DNA of 63,639 nucleotides, filler included, from Guillardia theta CCMP2712 (taxonomy: Eukaryota > Protista > Cryptophyta), in the NCBI RefSeq assembly GCF_000315625.1. It is 7 parts of 7 records of this genome, joined end to end, with 100 filler letters (N's around TTAATTAATTAA, not from the genome) between each part and the next. Parts side by side here need not be neighbours in the genome. Positions count along the whole stretch, not along the records: positions 19,421 to 26,438 come from NW_005434227.1; positions 26,539 to 34,332 come from NW_005434544.1; positions 34,433 to 55,249 come from NW_005434605.1; 4 more parts are not named here. One strand, given 5' to 3'. The position numbers and the translations under genes were made by a program. Under the pieces are notes generated by a model that was not told where the DNA came from, made no database searches, and worked only from the letters and a program-made list of their open reading frames with translations. Position 1 is the first letter of the stretch. Each line of letters opens with the position of its first letter. Of this stretch, positions 22,401 to 39,780 are shown one piece after another.

Positions 22401-25400
22401 ACCTCCCTTGACCCCCCTGTTTCTCGACGGATCCTGCCGGCCGGGCCCGTCAGTAGACCGACTGCAGCCTTCAGCCCCGCCTCAGACCCCCTGGAGGCCC
22501 GCCAGGAGGCTAAGTGTCCGGAGATTGGCCGGGGGCCTGATCTCTCCGGGCGGCCGTGACCGGTCAGCGGACCGTGTCAGCAGGCCCGTGACATGTCAGC
22601 CGGCTGACAGGGTCCGTGACCCGGCTGACAGGCTCACCTGACCGGTCACGTGACACATCACGTGACCGAGACAAGACTTTTTTATATCGCAGATCCAAAA
22701 ACCCATAGGACATTTCTCCCAGGGGGAAGAAAACCTCCCTTGACCCCCCTGTTTCTCGACGGATCCTGCCGGCCGGGCCCGTCAGTAGACCGACTGCAGC
22801 CTTCAGCCCCGCCTCAGACCCCCTGGAGGCCCGCCAGGAGGCTAAGTGTCCGGAGATTGGCCGGGGGCCTGATCTCTCCGGGCGGCCGTGACCGGTCAGC
22901 GGACCGTGTCAGCAGGCCCGTGACATGTCAGCCGGCTGACAGGGTCCGTGACCCGGCTGACAGGCTCACCTGACCGGTCACGTGACACATCACGTGACCG
23001 AGACAAGACTTTTTTATATCGCAGATCCAAAAACCCATAGGACATTTCTCCCAGGGGGAAGAAAACCTCCCTTGACCCCCCTGTTTCTCGACGGATCCTG
23101 CCGGCCGGGCCCGTCAGTAGACCGACTGCAGCCTTCAGCCCCGCCTCAGACCCCCTGGAGGCCCGCCAGGAGGCTAAGTGTCCGGAGATTGGCCGGGGGC
23201 CTGATCTCTCCGGGCGGCCGTGACCATTCTGGGGTCAAACCGCGTTGGTCTTTATTAACGCAAAAGAGGAATGCGTATGCTGTTCTCATAGGATACCGGT
23301 GGTAGTGTACCCCATGGTTTTTGAGGGGTGTTGCTCGGTAATATCAGTGGTAGGGGTGCTTCAAATTTTGAACTGGCGTGCCCATTTGTTTTAACGGCAA
23401 TGAATTGTTTATTCGAATCCGTGGTACAAACAGTTGTACTGAGTAACGGTTCATAACTGCTAATTTGTACCATCTAAAACAATTTTGATGACCCACCCTA
23501 TCAATGAGGGTGGGGAAACGCTCCCCATCATTCCCATCGTCTAATCGCACTCCGAGCCGTCATGCTGAGCCGCCGGGCGAGCACAGCAGCAAGCCTCCGG
23601 TCAGCGAGCTGCCACCATGAGCACAGGTGAAGAACCGCCAAGTAAGAACATGATCGCAAGGTACAATTGGCATCAAGAATCCAGCACATATTCTGACATG
23701 GTATTCTTGTAGAAGTGGATCAAGGCTGCATGAGTTCGTCATCCTACATTTCCAACGACTAAGTCAATCGTATCATCAATTTTCTCTTCAAGACTTCTGG
23801 GCTCTCAGAGTAATGTACTTTATCTGAAAAGTGAACTGAATAAAATAATCTGTAAGATAATGACGAGTCCGCTTAATTATGGTGCAATCACATCTCACTT
23901 GACTTACATCGTTGCTTCACATCATCAGAACAACTTTGATGATTTCTGAATCTTTGAAATATGCCAATTAGTTGACTCTCACGACGCTCTTGTTGATTCT
24001 TCCCTCCTCTCTTCAAACTCTCCTCATTCAGGTTATTTGCATGTTTGCATATTTGCTGAAACACATCAACTTTGCTTTGCCTCCCTAATGGTGGAGCTTT
24101 TGACGTCCAATTAAGCCTCAGATCATATCAGGGATCAAGACTCAAGCTTGTAAGCTGGCAGGCAAGAATCCATTGTGCGTTGCAACCAGACTGACATTAA
24201 TGTAGAATCAAGGTTGGAGGTGATATCTGATTTGACGTTTATAATTCATTCGAAGCGTTTATCTCAGGATGTCGAACTATCAGCAAATTGACACGGACTC
24301 CCAGACAATGATAATGACAACCACAATGTCATATGGGACTTCTCCAACTGCGCGCACAACAGAATGGAAGCACATCTGCCATCCAACACCGTGCGGTTGA
24401 GTTTGCTGTCTTGAAGAGGTTTCAATCTTGTTTGTCACAAAGAGGCAAGGCTTTGAGCATGTGGACATGGATATATACAAGACTATGCATCTTCACAAAG
24501 TGTTTTTAAGTCATGCAACAAGAGATGCATCATTCAAAGGCGGAGAAGTTCAAACATGATCTGAAGTCATATGGCACAGTGAAGCATCTCTCATAAATAT
24601 GATATCCCATCCAGCACATGAAGATGAAAGTCTGCATGGAATAAAGGTCTTGGACTTTTGTAATACGCTTCAGCTACAAGCATGCAGAATCTAGTTCTCA
24701 ACATCGCCAGGCTTTTGCTACCTGTGCACAACGATTAGAAAATGAACAATCCACAGAAGAACTCCATACCTGTGTGATGGAACGAGTTCATTTGCACCTT
24801 CTCCTCTCACAAAATACTTTGGAGTCTCTTCATGCTCGTGTGTGTTCGTGGTTTACTCGTCCCCTTCCATGGATGCGTTCAAAAATATGATCCAGACTTT
24901 GAAACAGATAATGGCATAATAACATTTTCACCAACCGACGCAGAGGGTTTGACGAAGAGAGATGTTGATGAGAGTCACCTGCTGCGAGTCACTGCAACTT
25001 GGGCTAACATGCTCGCACAAAACTCAAACACTGAAGACAAGGATCCGCAGAGAAGAGCTTCGCGATATGAGAGAAGAATGGCGAGGGAAGACCCACTGGG
25101 GTAGTGGGTGAAGGCGTGTAGAATTAAAACATTTTAGAAGGTACCAGGAAATAGGTGAAGCGACTACTCGCACTTTTAATCACAGTTTTGAACATGGTTT
25201 GAATTTCAACAGTACAGAATTTCAACCTGCGCGAATCACACGCCGTGTACCCCCATTTTCCCATGCACCACCCCCTTGAAAATATGGGACGAGAACCAAC
25301 GCGGTTTGACCCCAGAATGGACCGGTCAGCGGACCGTGTCAGCAGGCCCGTGACATGTCAGCCGGCTGACAGGGTCCGTGACCCGGCTGACAGGCTCACC

Positions 25401-26438
25401 TGACCGGTCACGTGACACATCACGTGACCGAGACAAGACTTTTTTATATCGCAGATCCAAAAACCCATAGGACATTTCTCCCAGGGGGAAGAAAACCTCC
25501 CTTGACCCCCCTGTTTCTCGACGGATCCTGCCGGCCGGGCCCGTCAGTAGACCGACTGCAGCCTTCAGCCCCGCCTCAGACCCCCTGGAGGCCCGCCAGG
25601 AGGCTAAGTGTCCGGAGATTGGCCGGGGGCCTGATCTCTCCGGGCGGCCGTGACCGGTCAGCGGACCGTGTCAGCAGGCCCGTGACATGTCAGCCGGCTG
25701 ACAGGGGCCGTGACCCGGCTGACAGGCTCACCTGACCGGTCACGTGACACATCACGTGACCGAGACAAGACTTTTTTATATCGCAGATCCAAAAACCCAT
25801 AGGACATTTCTCCCAGGGGGAAGAAAACCTCCCTTGACCCCCCTGTTTCTCGACGGATCCTGCCGGCCGGGCCCGTCAGTAGACCGACTGCAGCCTTCAG
25901 CCCCGCCTCAGACCCCCTGGAGGCCCGCCAGGAGGCTAAGTGTCCGGAGATTGGCCGGGGGCCTGATCTCTCCGGGCGGCCGTGACCGGTCAGCGGACCG
26001 TGTCAGCAGGCCCGTGACATGTCAGCCGGCTGACAGGGGCCGTGACCCGGCTGACAGGCTCACCTGACCGGTCACGTGACACATCACGTGACCGAGACAA
26101 GACTTTTTTATATCGCAGATCCAAAAACCCATAGGACATTTCTCCCAGGGGGAAGAAAACCTCCCTTGACCCCCCTGTTTCTCGACGGATCCTGCCGGCC
26201 GGGCCCGTCAGTAGACCGACTGCAGCCTTCAGCCCCGCCTCAGACCCCCTGGAGGCCCGCCAGGAGGCTAAGTGTCCGGAGATTGGCCGGGGGCCTGATC
26301 TCTCCGGGCGGCCGTGACCGGTCAGCGCACCGTGTCAGCAGGCCCGTGACATGTCAGCCGGCTGACAGGGTCCGTGACCCGGCTGACAGGCTCACCTGAC
26401 CGGTCACGTACACATCACGTGACCGAACAAACTTTTTA
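19421..26438. repeat. Tandem array of a 332-bp GC-rich unit, about 11.5 + 3.4 copies, open at both ends
   Basis: Near-identical units recur at 19665, 19996, 20328, 20660, 20989, 21321, 21653 ... 22982, then 25412, 25744 and 26076. Confidence 0.98.
23225..25319. mobile_element. Non-autonomous TIR DNA transposon (2,095 bp) inserted in the tandem array
   Basis: Perfect 25-bp TIR CATTCTGGGGTCAAACCGCGTTGGT at 23225-23249, reverse complement at 25295-25319. GAC is duplicated at 23222-23224 and 25320-25322. The array resumes in register. No ORF over 100 aa inside. Confidence 0.9.
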
Positions 26439-26538
26439 NNNNNNNNNNNNNNNNNNNNNNNNNNNNNNNNNNNNNNNNNNNNTTAATTAATTAANNNNNN
26501 NNNNNNNNNNNNNNNNNNNNNNNNNNNNNNNNNNNNNN

Positions 26539-31701
<5,163 letters not shown>

Positions 31702-32326
31702 GGTCCTTGTATTCCCTTTCCAACACAACCCTGATTCGCAGGAGCAGGGAGCAGGGAGCAAGGAGCAAGGAGCTTTTTCCTAGCTGAGAGATCCGAGCTC
31801 TCTCATCTTCATTGCCATCCCCTGTCACCGGCAGGTCTACACTGATCGCTCACTCCACAAGCTCGTCATGTCCGTGCCGTCATCAATCCTCCCCCCATGG
31901 TCGGGATCCAGACCATGAACGATGCTGCTGCACCCTCATCGCCAGGTTGTTCGTTCCATGGCACTGTCTCCTCCTCCCATGTTGATTCCTCTACCCTTCA
32001 CTCTCCTGGTTCTCCTCCTCCTCCTCCTCCTTCGTAGTCGGCATCACAACCCGCTCTCCCTCCACTCCATGCCATGATCCGGTATGAGGACGCAAAAATC
32101 ACGTTACACCCCGTTGTGTAACCGTTATTTCACCGTTGTAAATGAAATGGTACAAGATGAGTAAAGTCTACAGTCAATCTTCCTACAAATAGAGCGAAAG
32201 GCCGATGGCGTGGAAGGGGGGGGAAGGGAGAGCGGGAGAGCGGGAGAGGGCAGGGAGATTGGAGGACAGAAGAGAGGACAGGAAGAGAAGACAGGAAGAA
32301 AGGAAAGGAGAGGAGGGATGCAGAGG

Positions 32327-33774
32327 CAGGTCCATGAAGGGGAGTCTGCCATCGGTGCTCCTGTCCTGGTGGGACTAGTTGGCAGGCTCTGCTGATGGCA
32401 TGGATGCAGGCATGTCACCATTTCGCCCGAGTTCGAGCGGAGGATTCAAGTTGATGCAAGCAGGAGGGATGCAGAATACGAACCTGCCGCCGGTGAGGAT
32501 TACGAGGACGGGGAAGGGACGGAGGAGGGATGGAAGGACAAATGAGCAGGGACAAAGAGGATGGAAGGAGAGACGTGAAGGGAGAAGGAGGAAGGAAGGA
32601 GGGAGGAGAAGGGAGGAGACCTGAGACTGTCTGCCATTAGGTTGCAGGACTCTTCCCAGGCGTTCTCGCAGACATCGACCAAGATCTCAACTCCCTGTGC
32701 GTACTGTGCATTCTCCGCCATAGACCCTGCTTCACACTGTTCTCCTATCTCCTCCAATTACTCGCCTCCCCGTCTCCTCTAGCTCGCTCGCTCCACTAGT
32801 TGCCCTCAGAACAATTCTCCCGCCCTGACGGAACATCAGGAGGCTCGACCCGGACGAATCTGTTGGACTGGGGCTGACCATGGCACTGGTGAGAAGGAGA
32901 GGGGAGGACGAGTGATGAGGAGCAGGGTGGACATGGAGAGTGAAGGGAAACTGGGGCAAGAAGGTGTTGGCAAGAGGAGGAGGGGGCAGCAAGGGAGAAA
33001 GGGGCGGGTGTGGGACAAAGAGGAGGACGAGGACAAGGTCAAGGACAAGGACAAGGACAAGGACAAGGAGGATGAGAGGGACGAGGAAGAGGGCGAGGAC
33101 GAGGATGAGGACGAGGAGCTACTCACATTCTCCTCTGCGATGGGGCAGATCGGGAACATGGTGACAACCCTCGGGCTGAACCTTCAGCGGTATGCGCACA
33201 CTAAGGCAGAGGCGTCGGTGTCATACACTCAAAGCCGCCTATGGTGGATTGGAGTCTCCCTAATGATCACGGGCGAGGTACGAAGAAACGGCTGTCTTGC
33301 TCTTGCCCCCCCAGCTGGTCTCTGCCAGCCATCTCCTTTTTCCAGAGTTTTCTTCCTCTCTGTCTGCTTGCTTCAATCCTGTTTCTTTTTGTCATCTTGT
33401 TTGTCGCCTGCTTTCCTATTCTGCTTCTTTCCACTCCCTTCCCCTCCCTGCCCTCCCCTCCCCTCCCCTCCCTCCCTTCCCTCCCTCCCGTCCTTCCTTC
33501 CCGTCCTTCCTTCCCTTCCCCTCCCTCCCTTCCCTCCCTCCCTTCATTTTGATTCCTCCTAGCTTCCCTGTGTTTATTTGGTTGTTCTCTTTCCTCGGCC
33601 CTGCTGATTTTCTTTTCTCCAACCAGATGGGAAACTTTGCTGCTTACGGTTTCGCTCCTGCGACTCTTGTGGCGCCAATGGTGAGATGACGAGGTCAAGG
33701 TCTAGAAGAGTGCCGAGGAGGAGAGGAGAGGAAAAGGCGGGACAGGGGGCTAGGGGGGCAGGGGGGCTGCTGAG

Positions 33775-33809
<35 letters not shown>

Positions 33810-34240
33810 TTAGACATGGGATAATGCTGGAGCAGGGAGCTTTCTCGGTCATCGCAAACGCCGCTTATGCGACCATGTAATGAAATTGATGTGGCAGGAC
33901 GTGTTAAAATGTACCATGATATGATATTGTGTGACATGACTTGTTGTGTTGTTGTGATAAAGTGTTATTTGACTTGTGAGGGCGTGTTATGGTGTGATAT
34001 GACTTGTGATGGTTTGATATGACTTTGTATGTGACATGGTGTGTGGTGTGCAGGTAATGAGTTCATGCCCCATGACATGTCGCATTGTGATATGAGTTCA
34101 ACCTTGCTGTCTCCCTTACCCTCCGCTCCTCTCCTTGCAAAGCTCCACATTGTCGTAGCTGACGAGATCCACCAGGTTGCTGGGGGAGGAGTTCAGGAGG
34201 AGGGATGTTTCAGGCAGCTTGCTGATCATCGTGGGAGGAG
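32327..34240 (+). CDS. NIPA-family magnesium transporter (DMT superfamily), partial
   Basis: Exons VGLGLTMAL|IGNMVTTLGLNLQRYAH..RLWWIGVSLMITGE|MGNFAAYGFAPATLVAPM|GAFSVIANA..LLGEEFRRRDVSGSLLIIVG. The start is uncertain and the end is cut by a spacer. Confidence 0.85.
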
Positions 34241-34596
34241 TAGGACTGGGTAAGCTAAACAACAAGAGGCTCTCATGACGATCGTCAAGATCTTCTTGCT
34301 CCCTTTGCAGCCTTTCCTCTGCTCTCTTGCTCNNNNNNNNNNNNNNNNNNNNNNNNNNNNNNNNNNNNNNNNNNNNTTAATTAATTAANNNNNNNNNNNN
34401 NNNNNNNNNNNNNNNNNNNNNNNNNNNNNNNNGAGGAGGAAGGAAGAAAATTCCGCAAGTTTCTTGTTTATTCGATTTGCAAGTATTACAGGCGATTTAC
34501 AAGTCCTCTCCTCCTCCCTCCTCTCCTCCTCTCCTCCTCTCCTCCTCCCTCATCATGATACAAATCCCGCTGCCATGGAATGAATTCTGCTGCTGC

Positions 34597-37142
34597 TCAC
34601 TTGGCGGGTCCACACTTCTTGCCGGTGACCTTCCATCGACTGGATTCATCACAGTCAGCGAAGCGATGAAGAGGAGGAAGGAGGAGGGGAGCAAGTGAGG
34701 ACGAAGAAAAGTTCCGAAGGGAAGGGCAAGGGGCAGGGGAAATGCGGAGAAGGGGAGAAAGTGAGGAAGGAAAAGGTAGAAGGGAAGGAAGAAGCGGGGA
34801 AGAAGCGAGGAGGAGGAGGAGGAGGAGGAGGAGGAGGAGGAGGAGGAGGAAGCGAGCAGAAACAAGAGGAAGAGCAGGGAGGGGAAGAGGAAGCGAGGAG
34901 GAGGAGAAGGAAGCGAGGAGGAGGGGGAGAAGGAGGTGGAGGGGGAGGAGGAGGATGATGAAGAGGAGGAGAAACTTACTTCATCAACTCTCTCTCCGAG
35001 ATCGGGTCGACCTTGCACGCAGGGTCCGGGATCTTAGAGATCCTCCAAGTGTCCGGCTTCCATTCCTTGGGCACGGCGACCTTGGTCGGCTCCTCGATGT
35101 TGGCGGCGATTTCGTACGCGGAGGTCGGAACGTAGATGGATCCTCCCCCGAGGGCATCCGGTACAGGGATCTTGAAGCCGGGTTTGCCCTTGGGATCCAG
35201 TTCTTGCACAAGGAGAAACTTCTTCTCCTTATCTGCTCGTTGAAGTCACGACCAGCGCAGGGGAAAGAAGAGCGAAACTCACAGGTCTGGTCCCAGATCT
35301 CTTTCTTCTTCTTCTGGTACTCCTCAACCTCCTGCACGGCTGAGTCAGCAAGCCCCGAGATCGATGTGCCTGCCGCCCACCCTGTCGGCGCAGTGCCTCG
35401 GTCGCATTTTCATGTTGTTCTCGATCTTCTTGAGCTTGGTCTCAGAGGCGTTTGGCGGAACTTTGTTCAGCAGCTCCACCACCTGACGTCCGGCCCTTGA
35501 GATCCTCCACACCCCGCACGAGGTCTTACCTCCAGGTGCCCGTACGTTGCAGCATAGTGCATGGCAGTGCAGCCAAAGTTGTTGGTTTGATACGGGTCGA
35601 CGCCACTGCAGCGCAACAAGAATTCCACAGACTTGGTGTGCCCGTTTCCTGTGCAAGTCGAAAGATCAGCCCACCTCGCCGCCAACATGAGAGAGCATTA
35701 CGAGCGGCAAGCATGAGCGGAGTGAAGCCATCTTCGTTGGTGCCTGAACAACAGTCGTGAGCTGTGGGTGTGAGACAAGAGATACAGATGTGATCAAAGA
35801 TGATGGATACAGGAAGTGATGCACGATGGAGGGGAGAACCCACCATTGATGTCCGCCCCTGCTTCAATCAATTTCTGGCCGACTGTTGGTGAGTCGGGAT
35901 ATTTCTTCTTGATATCTTCGTCTTCGTTAGCCAGCCTGAACGCTCAACTGAGTAAGGATCAACGTCATGTCTATCGAGGCCCACCGGATGAGCTCTCCTC
36001 GCTCGAGTACTTTCCCGTCTTCAGTTCTCTTAGAGGCATTACGAGGAATCGTCGATCCTAAAGCAAGGGTGTGAGACGAGGGGAGTTCTTGCTCGGCAAG
36101 TTCAGCGGGCCATACTCGACTCAAGGTCTTTGATCCTCTTGCGATAATCTTTAATTTCGTTCTCCATCTGAACTCTCTTCTGGTAGGTCTGAGCGTCGAT
36201 TCTGATTTTGTTCAGGCGCTTGAGCTAAAACATCAATGGTCAAGCTATACAAAGTTATCAATTCCAACACAAACTCCTTACCAATCTCTCGTACTCTTTG
36301 TATTCAGGAGTTCCAGGCTTCGCATTCGGTTTTTTGGGCTTGTTCTGCCGTCAAATATCACCAGTATGATCATCAAGAACTTAACTTTGATTGCTGCTCG
36401 CAGCATCGACAACAGAACGTCTTTGCCGTGTTTCTTACCTCCCAAATGACTTCTGGCGCTTTCGCCTCCTGCAACCACATGAGCGACACAGAAGCGGATG
36501 AGTCGATGCTTCAACTGACCACAACAAGGGGCCTCTCTTCTCCAGGCTTCACGCTGTCATCCTTTGGGGGGGGCTCAGCCTTCAAGAACAGTCTCTTCAG
36601 AGCTTGCGGCATCTCGACTTTGAGCTTGGACAAAACGCCGGCTCCACCATTCCCTTTGTAGATGGGGAGGATTCTGAAACGTCCTTTGCCAAGGTCGACA
36701 AAACTTCCAGGAGGGTATTTCTTGTTGAACTCTTTCTTGAGGTCCTCGAGCCTCTTGTTCAGCCTGTAGGTGTCTGCAATCTCATATATCAACCAGGAGA
36801 TATTCATCGATGCGATGGGAACATTCAACTGCACTCACCATCGTCGATCTGCTTCTTCTTCCCCGCATACTGCACGGGCAAGTGGCAGACGCCCATGAAA
36901 GCCGCTTCCCTCAACTGCTTGTTGAGCAGGTCCTTCTCTTTCCTCATCATCTGTGGAGTCATCTTGTTGGGGTCGACGCTCCTTCCTTTGTCATCCTGGT
37001 ACTCTCGCACAGGCTCAAACTCCTCAAGAGGGTTGACGAAGGGCATGAACAGTGCTCCCGCTCCTCCTATGATCGCCTCTCCCACCGTATCCCTGGCCTC
37101 CGCGATGGCCCCCTGCGCCCATCGCGCCACAGAATCCACCAT
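34597..37142 (-). CDS. Ankyrin-repeat protein, multi-exon
   Basis: KLIEAGADING, NEDGFTPLMLAAR, NGHTKSVEFLL and TNNFGCTAMHYAATYGHLE|VVELL. ATG at 37142; spliced end RWKVTGKKCGPAK*. Confidence 0.8.
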
Positions 37143-37746
37143 GACTATTCGCAGCAACAGGAACAAGGTAGGGTCCAAACAAGAGTATTCAGGGGGTGGG
37201 GGTCCAGTCAAGGGGACTACAGGGGGCGGTGGTGGGTGACTTCATAGGTAGGCAGGGTGGGGGTTAGTACATGTTGACATTGTTCTATGATATTTGGGGG
37301 TAAAAGCTGGGAAAAATAAGGGTAGGGGTACTCAATTGACCGGTAATATCTTGTTTTCTGGGTGTCGAGCAGACTCATGACTTCATTCGTAGGTAGTCAA
37401 TGTGCGGTTACATCGTAACGGTCTCCTGCCATGATCCCCGGGCACTCAGCGGCCTGGGAGTCGCCCGGCCCGGCGCCGGGTCGTCGGGCCGCAGTGAACT
37501 TCGGAACTTGTGACGGACCCCGGCGTGGGCCGGCGGGCCATGTTGGCCGCCCGGCATGCCCGGCGCGGCTCGTAACTGTGACTCATTTACTATCCGAGTG
37601 GCCCGGCGTGTGGCCCGCCGGGCGGCCTGTCACCCGGGTGGTGCAACAGTGTCTGAGGGTCAAGTCTACTGATTCAACGGTGGCTCTATTACTTGCCATG
37701 CGTCCCAGTGGCTCATCAAGTTACTCATCCACTGGCGCGCATGATT

Positions 37747-38964
37747 TCACGTGCAGGTGTAATAAATGTGCTCTAGTAGGACAGCAGAGTTCAAGTGCAT
37801 GTTCAAGGGTTGAGGATCAGGGGGAGACGATGTAGCGGTACTACCGTTGGGCGAGACGGTACAAGCGTACATGGCGTAGCAGAGGATAAGCTCCTCAAAC
37901 CTGTCGATCATCGCCTGCCTCATCAGCTCGCCGCCCTTCACCTGGCTCACCGTTATCCAGGTACAGCTGATTGGGTTCAGTTTCAACGGTACTACGGTCT
38001 GCGAAGTACTGAGGAGTCGAGAGTTTCAGCTCGCGATCCTCCGAGTACATCGGCATGAAGTCAGGTACTCCATCGCGAGACAATGGATCATGAACACGTA
38101 ATGCAACTCCTCCAGCATTGGCGACGTCCTCGTGCGCGCGTCCAGCCCCACCATGCGGTACAGGATCGCGCGCATCAGTGTCACTTGCCGTCGCATACGG
38201 CACACCAGTCCATCCGGACGCAGGCCATCACATGATTCCCAGGCCGTGGATGTCGTAGAGGGCCATGCCCTCGCAGAAGTTGTCGAAGCAGAAGGGGGAG
38301 ACGTACCTGGCCCGGGATATCCCAACATCGAGTCTCCAACTTAGGTCGAGTCGTGTAGATGCGCTGGCACCTGCTCGCCACATGATGCGCCGGTACCCGA
38401 TGCTGCCGAGCTGTTCGAGCATGAGGGAGAGGACGTGACGGAAGCCCTCGCTTGCCCCGGGGAAGAGCCGCTGAGCCGCTTGCCAAGTTCAAGTTGTCAC
38501 GCGGCTTGATGAGCATGTTTCAAGTTTCTTGCAAACTCCAATGCGCGGGTGCCGGGTGTGAAACCGGTCGTCCCGCATGTACACGCGGTTCACGTTCAGG
38601 CATCGATGGACAAGATCTACCATGTAACGCTGCGACATGGACCGGAGCTCCTCGACATTCAAATCCGACCAGCTCCTGCCCGAGTCGGGGAAGCCTCTGG
38701 CAAGATCCTGCTCGACGCTCCTGCACTTCGCAAAGACCGAGTAGGCCGCCAGGAGGAGGTCGTAGCAGCTCGCCAGGGTGTCCAACTTGGTCCTTCCGCA
38801 GGGAGCGTATGGAGCGCTCCCTGCATATCGTCGCCATCACCGTACGAGTAGGCGTTGCAGATGTTCCGAAGTTCAAGAGCTGTGCAGCATGGCATGCCAT
38901 TGTCCGTCGTGAAGAGGTACTCCATGCCAGGAGAGTTCCGCATTGAGCCCATCTGAGTCTGCAT
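37747..38964 (-). CDS. Apparently intronless orphan gene (~400 aa) broken by several frameshifts; sequencing error or pseudogene
   Basis: Overlapping ORFs in alternating frames share C/G-ending codons. They join into one protein if single bases in short homopolymers are removed, e.g. DMQ/ERSIRSLR/RTKLDTLASCY near 38790-38822. Confidence 0.55.
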
Positions 38965-39319
38965 TCGAAACGCGGGCCCAAGTTTCAAGCTCGAAGTCCG
39001 CGAAGTTGCCGCCGGCTCAGCGACTCTAATAAGTTCAAGTTGAGTACGAGAATCAGTTGAAGTTTCAAGTTTCAAGTTTGCGGTCCGTCATCGGTAGGCG
39101 GATCATCACATGGCCGGGCATCAGTTGGCTCAGTACGTATCGGTAAGCCGGGAACTTGAGTTACTGACAGCCTCAGCCGTCGGATTACTCCGAGGCCCGG
39201 ACAACTACCCCGGTACTCGGACTGAAAAGAGGTGGGGCCGGGCCTGTGGTTCACGCGCGGCTCAATTCCTTGGACTATATCATCATCGATTAGTACAAGA
39301 CTTAATAAAAGTTGGAGCT

Positions 39320-39770
39320 TGAGGGGGGTAGCGAGGCGATCTTGGGGTTCCATGTGGTATTGGTGGTGCCCTACACGTAAAAGGGGTGGTGGTGGATGAT
39401 GGTTAGGGTGGGGTTATCAGAATGATGCAGAGTACCTTCATTTATTCTGTGCAAGGCAGTGAATAGTAGGGGTGGGTCTAAAATTAAAGGGGTGGGTGAA
39501 TCAAAGGGAGGGGGTGGTACCTCCGATCTTTCCCCAAAACTAAAAGCATCAAGGATCCTCCACCCCCTACCCCCTGGGTTCGTACTACACCCCCGACATA
39601 CCCTACCCATTACGTGTTACACCCCTTCTTTCTATGATGATACCCGTTCAGATAACTGTAAAAATACCGGTGATTTCATAACCCTACCATGAAATCGATA
39701 CCACAAAGCAAGGGGGGTGGGGGTAAGGAGGGGGCTTTATACCTTGGGGGTGGACTGGGGGTCGGCAGAC
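39320..39770. promoter_or_regulatory. GGGGT/ACCCC motif island between divergent genes
   Basis: Dense GGGGT, TACCC and GGTACC words ending just upstream of the tryptophan synthase ATG. Confidence 0.35.
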
Positions 39771-39780
39771 ACACGTGGCC

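Noticed and set aside
24200-25104. Transposase remnant inside the TIR element
   Set aside because: Only short ORFs are present and I could not recognise DDE or zinc-finger motifs; a spliced or decayed gene cannot be excluded.
19665-26399. Repeated 107-aa ORFs in the array
   Set aside because: They have a GTG start, Pro/Arg-rich GC-driven composition and frame-breaking indels in some copies; they are a by-product of the repeat.
19421-26438. Array as a CRISPR-like locus
   Set aside because: The units are full-length near-identical repeats with no unique spacers, and no cas-like gene is present.
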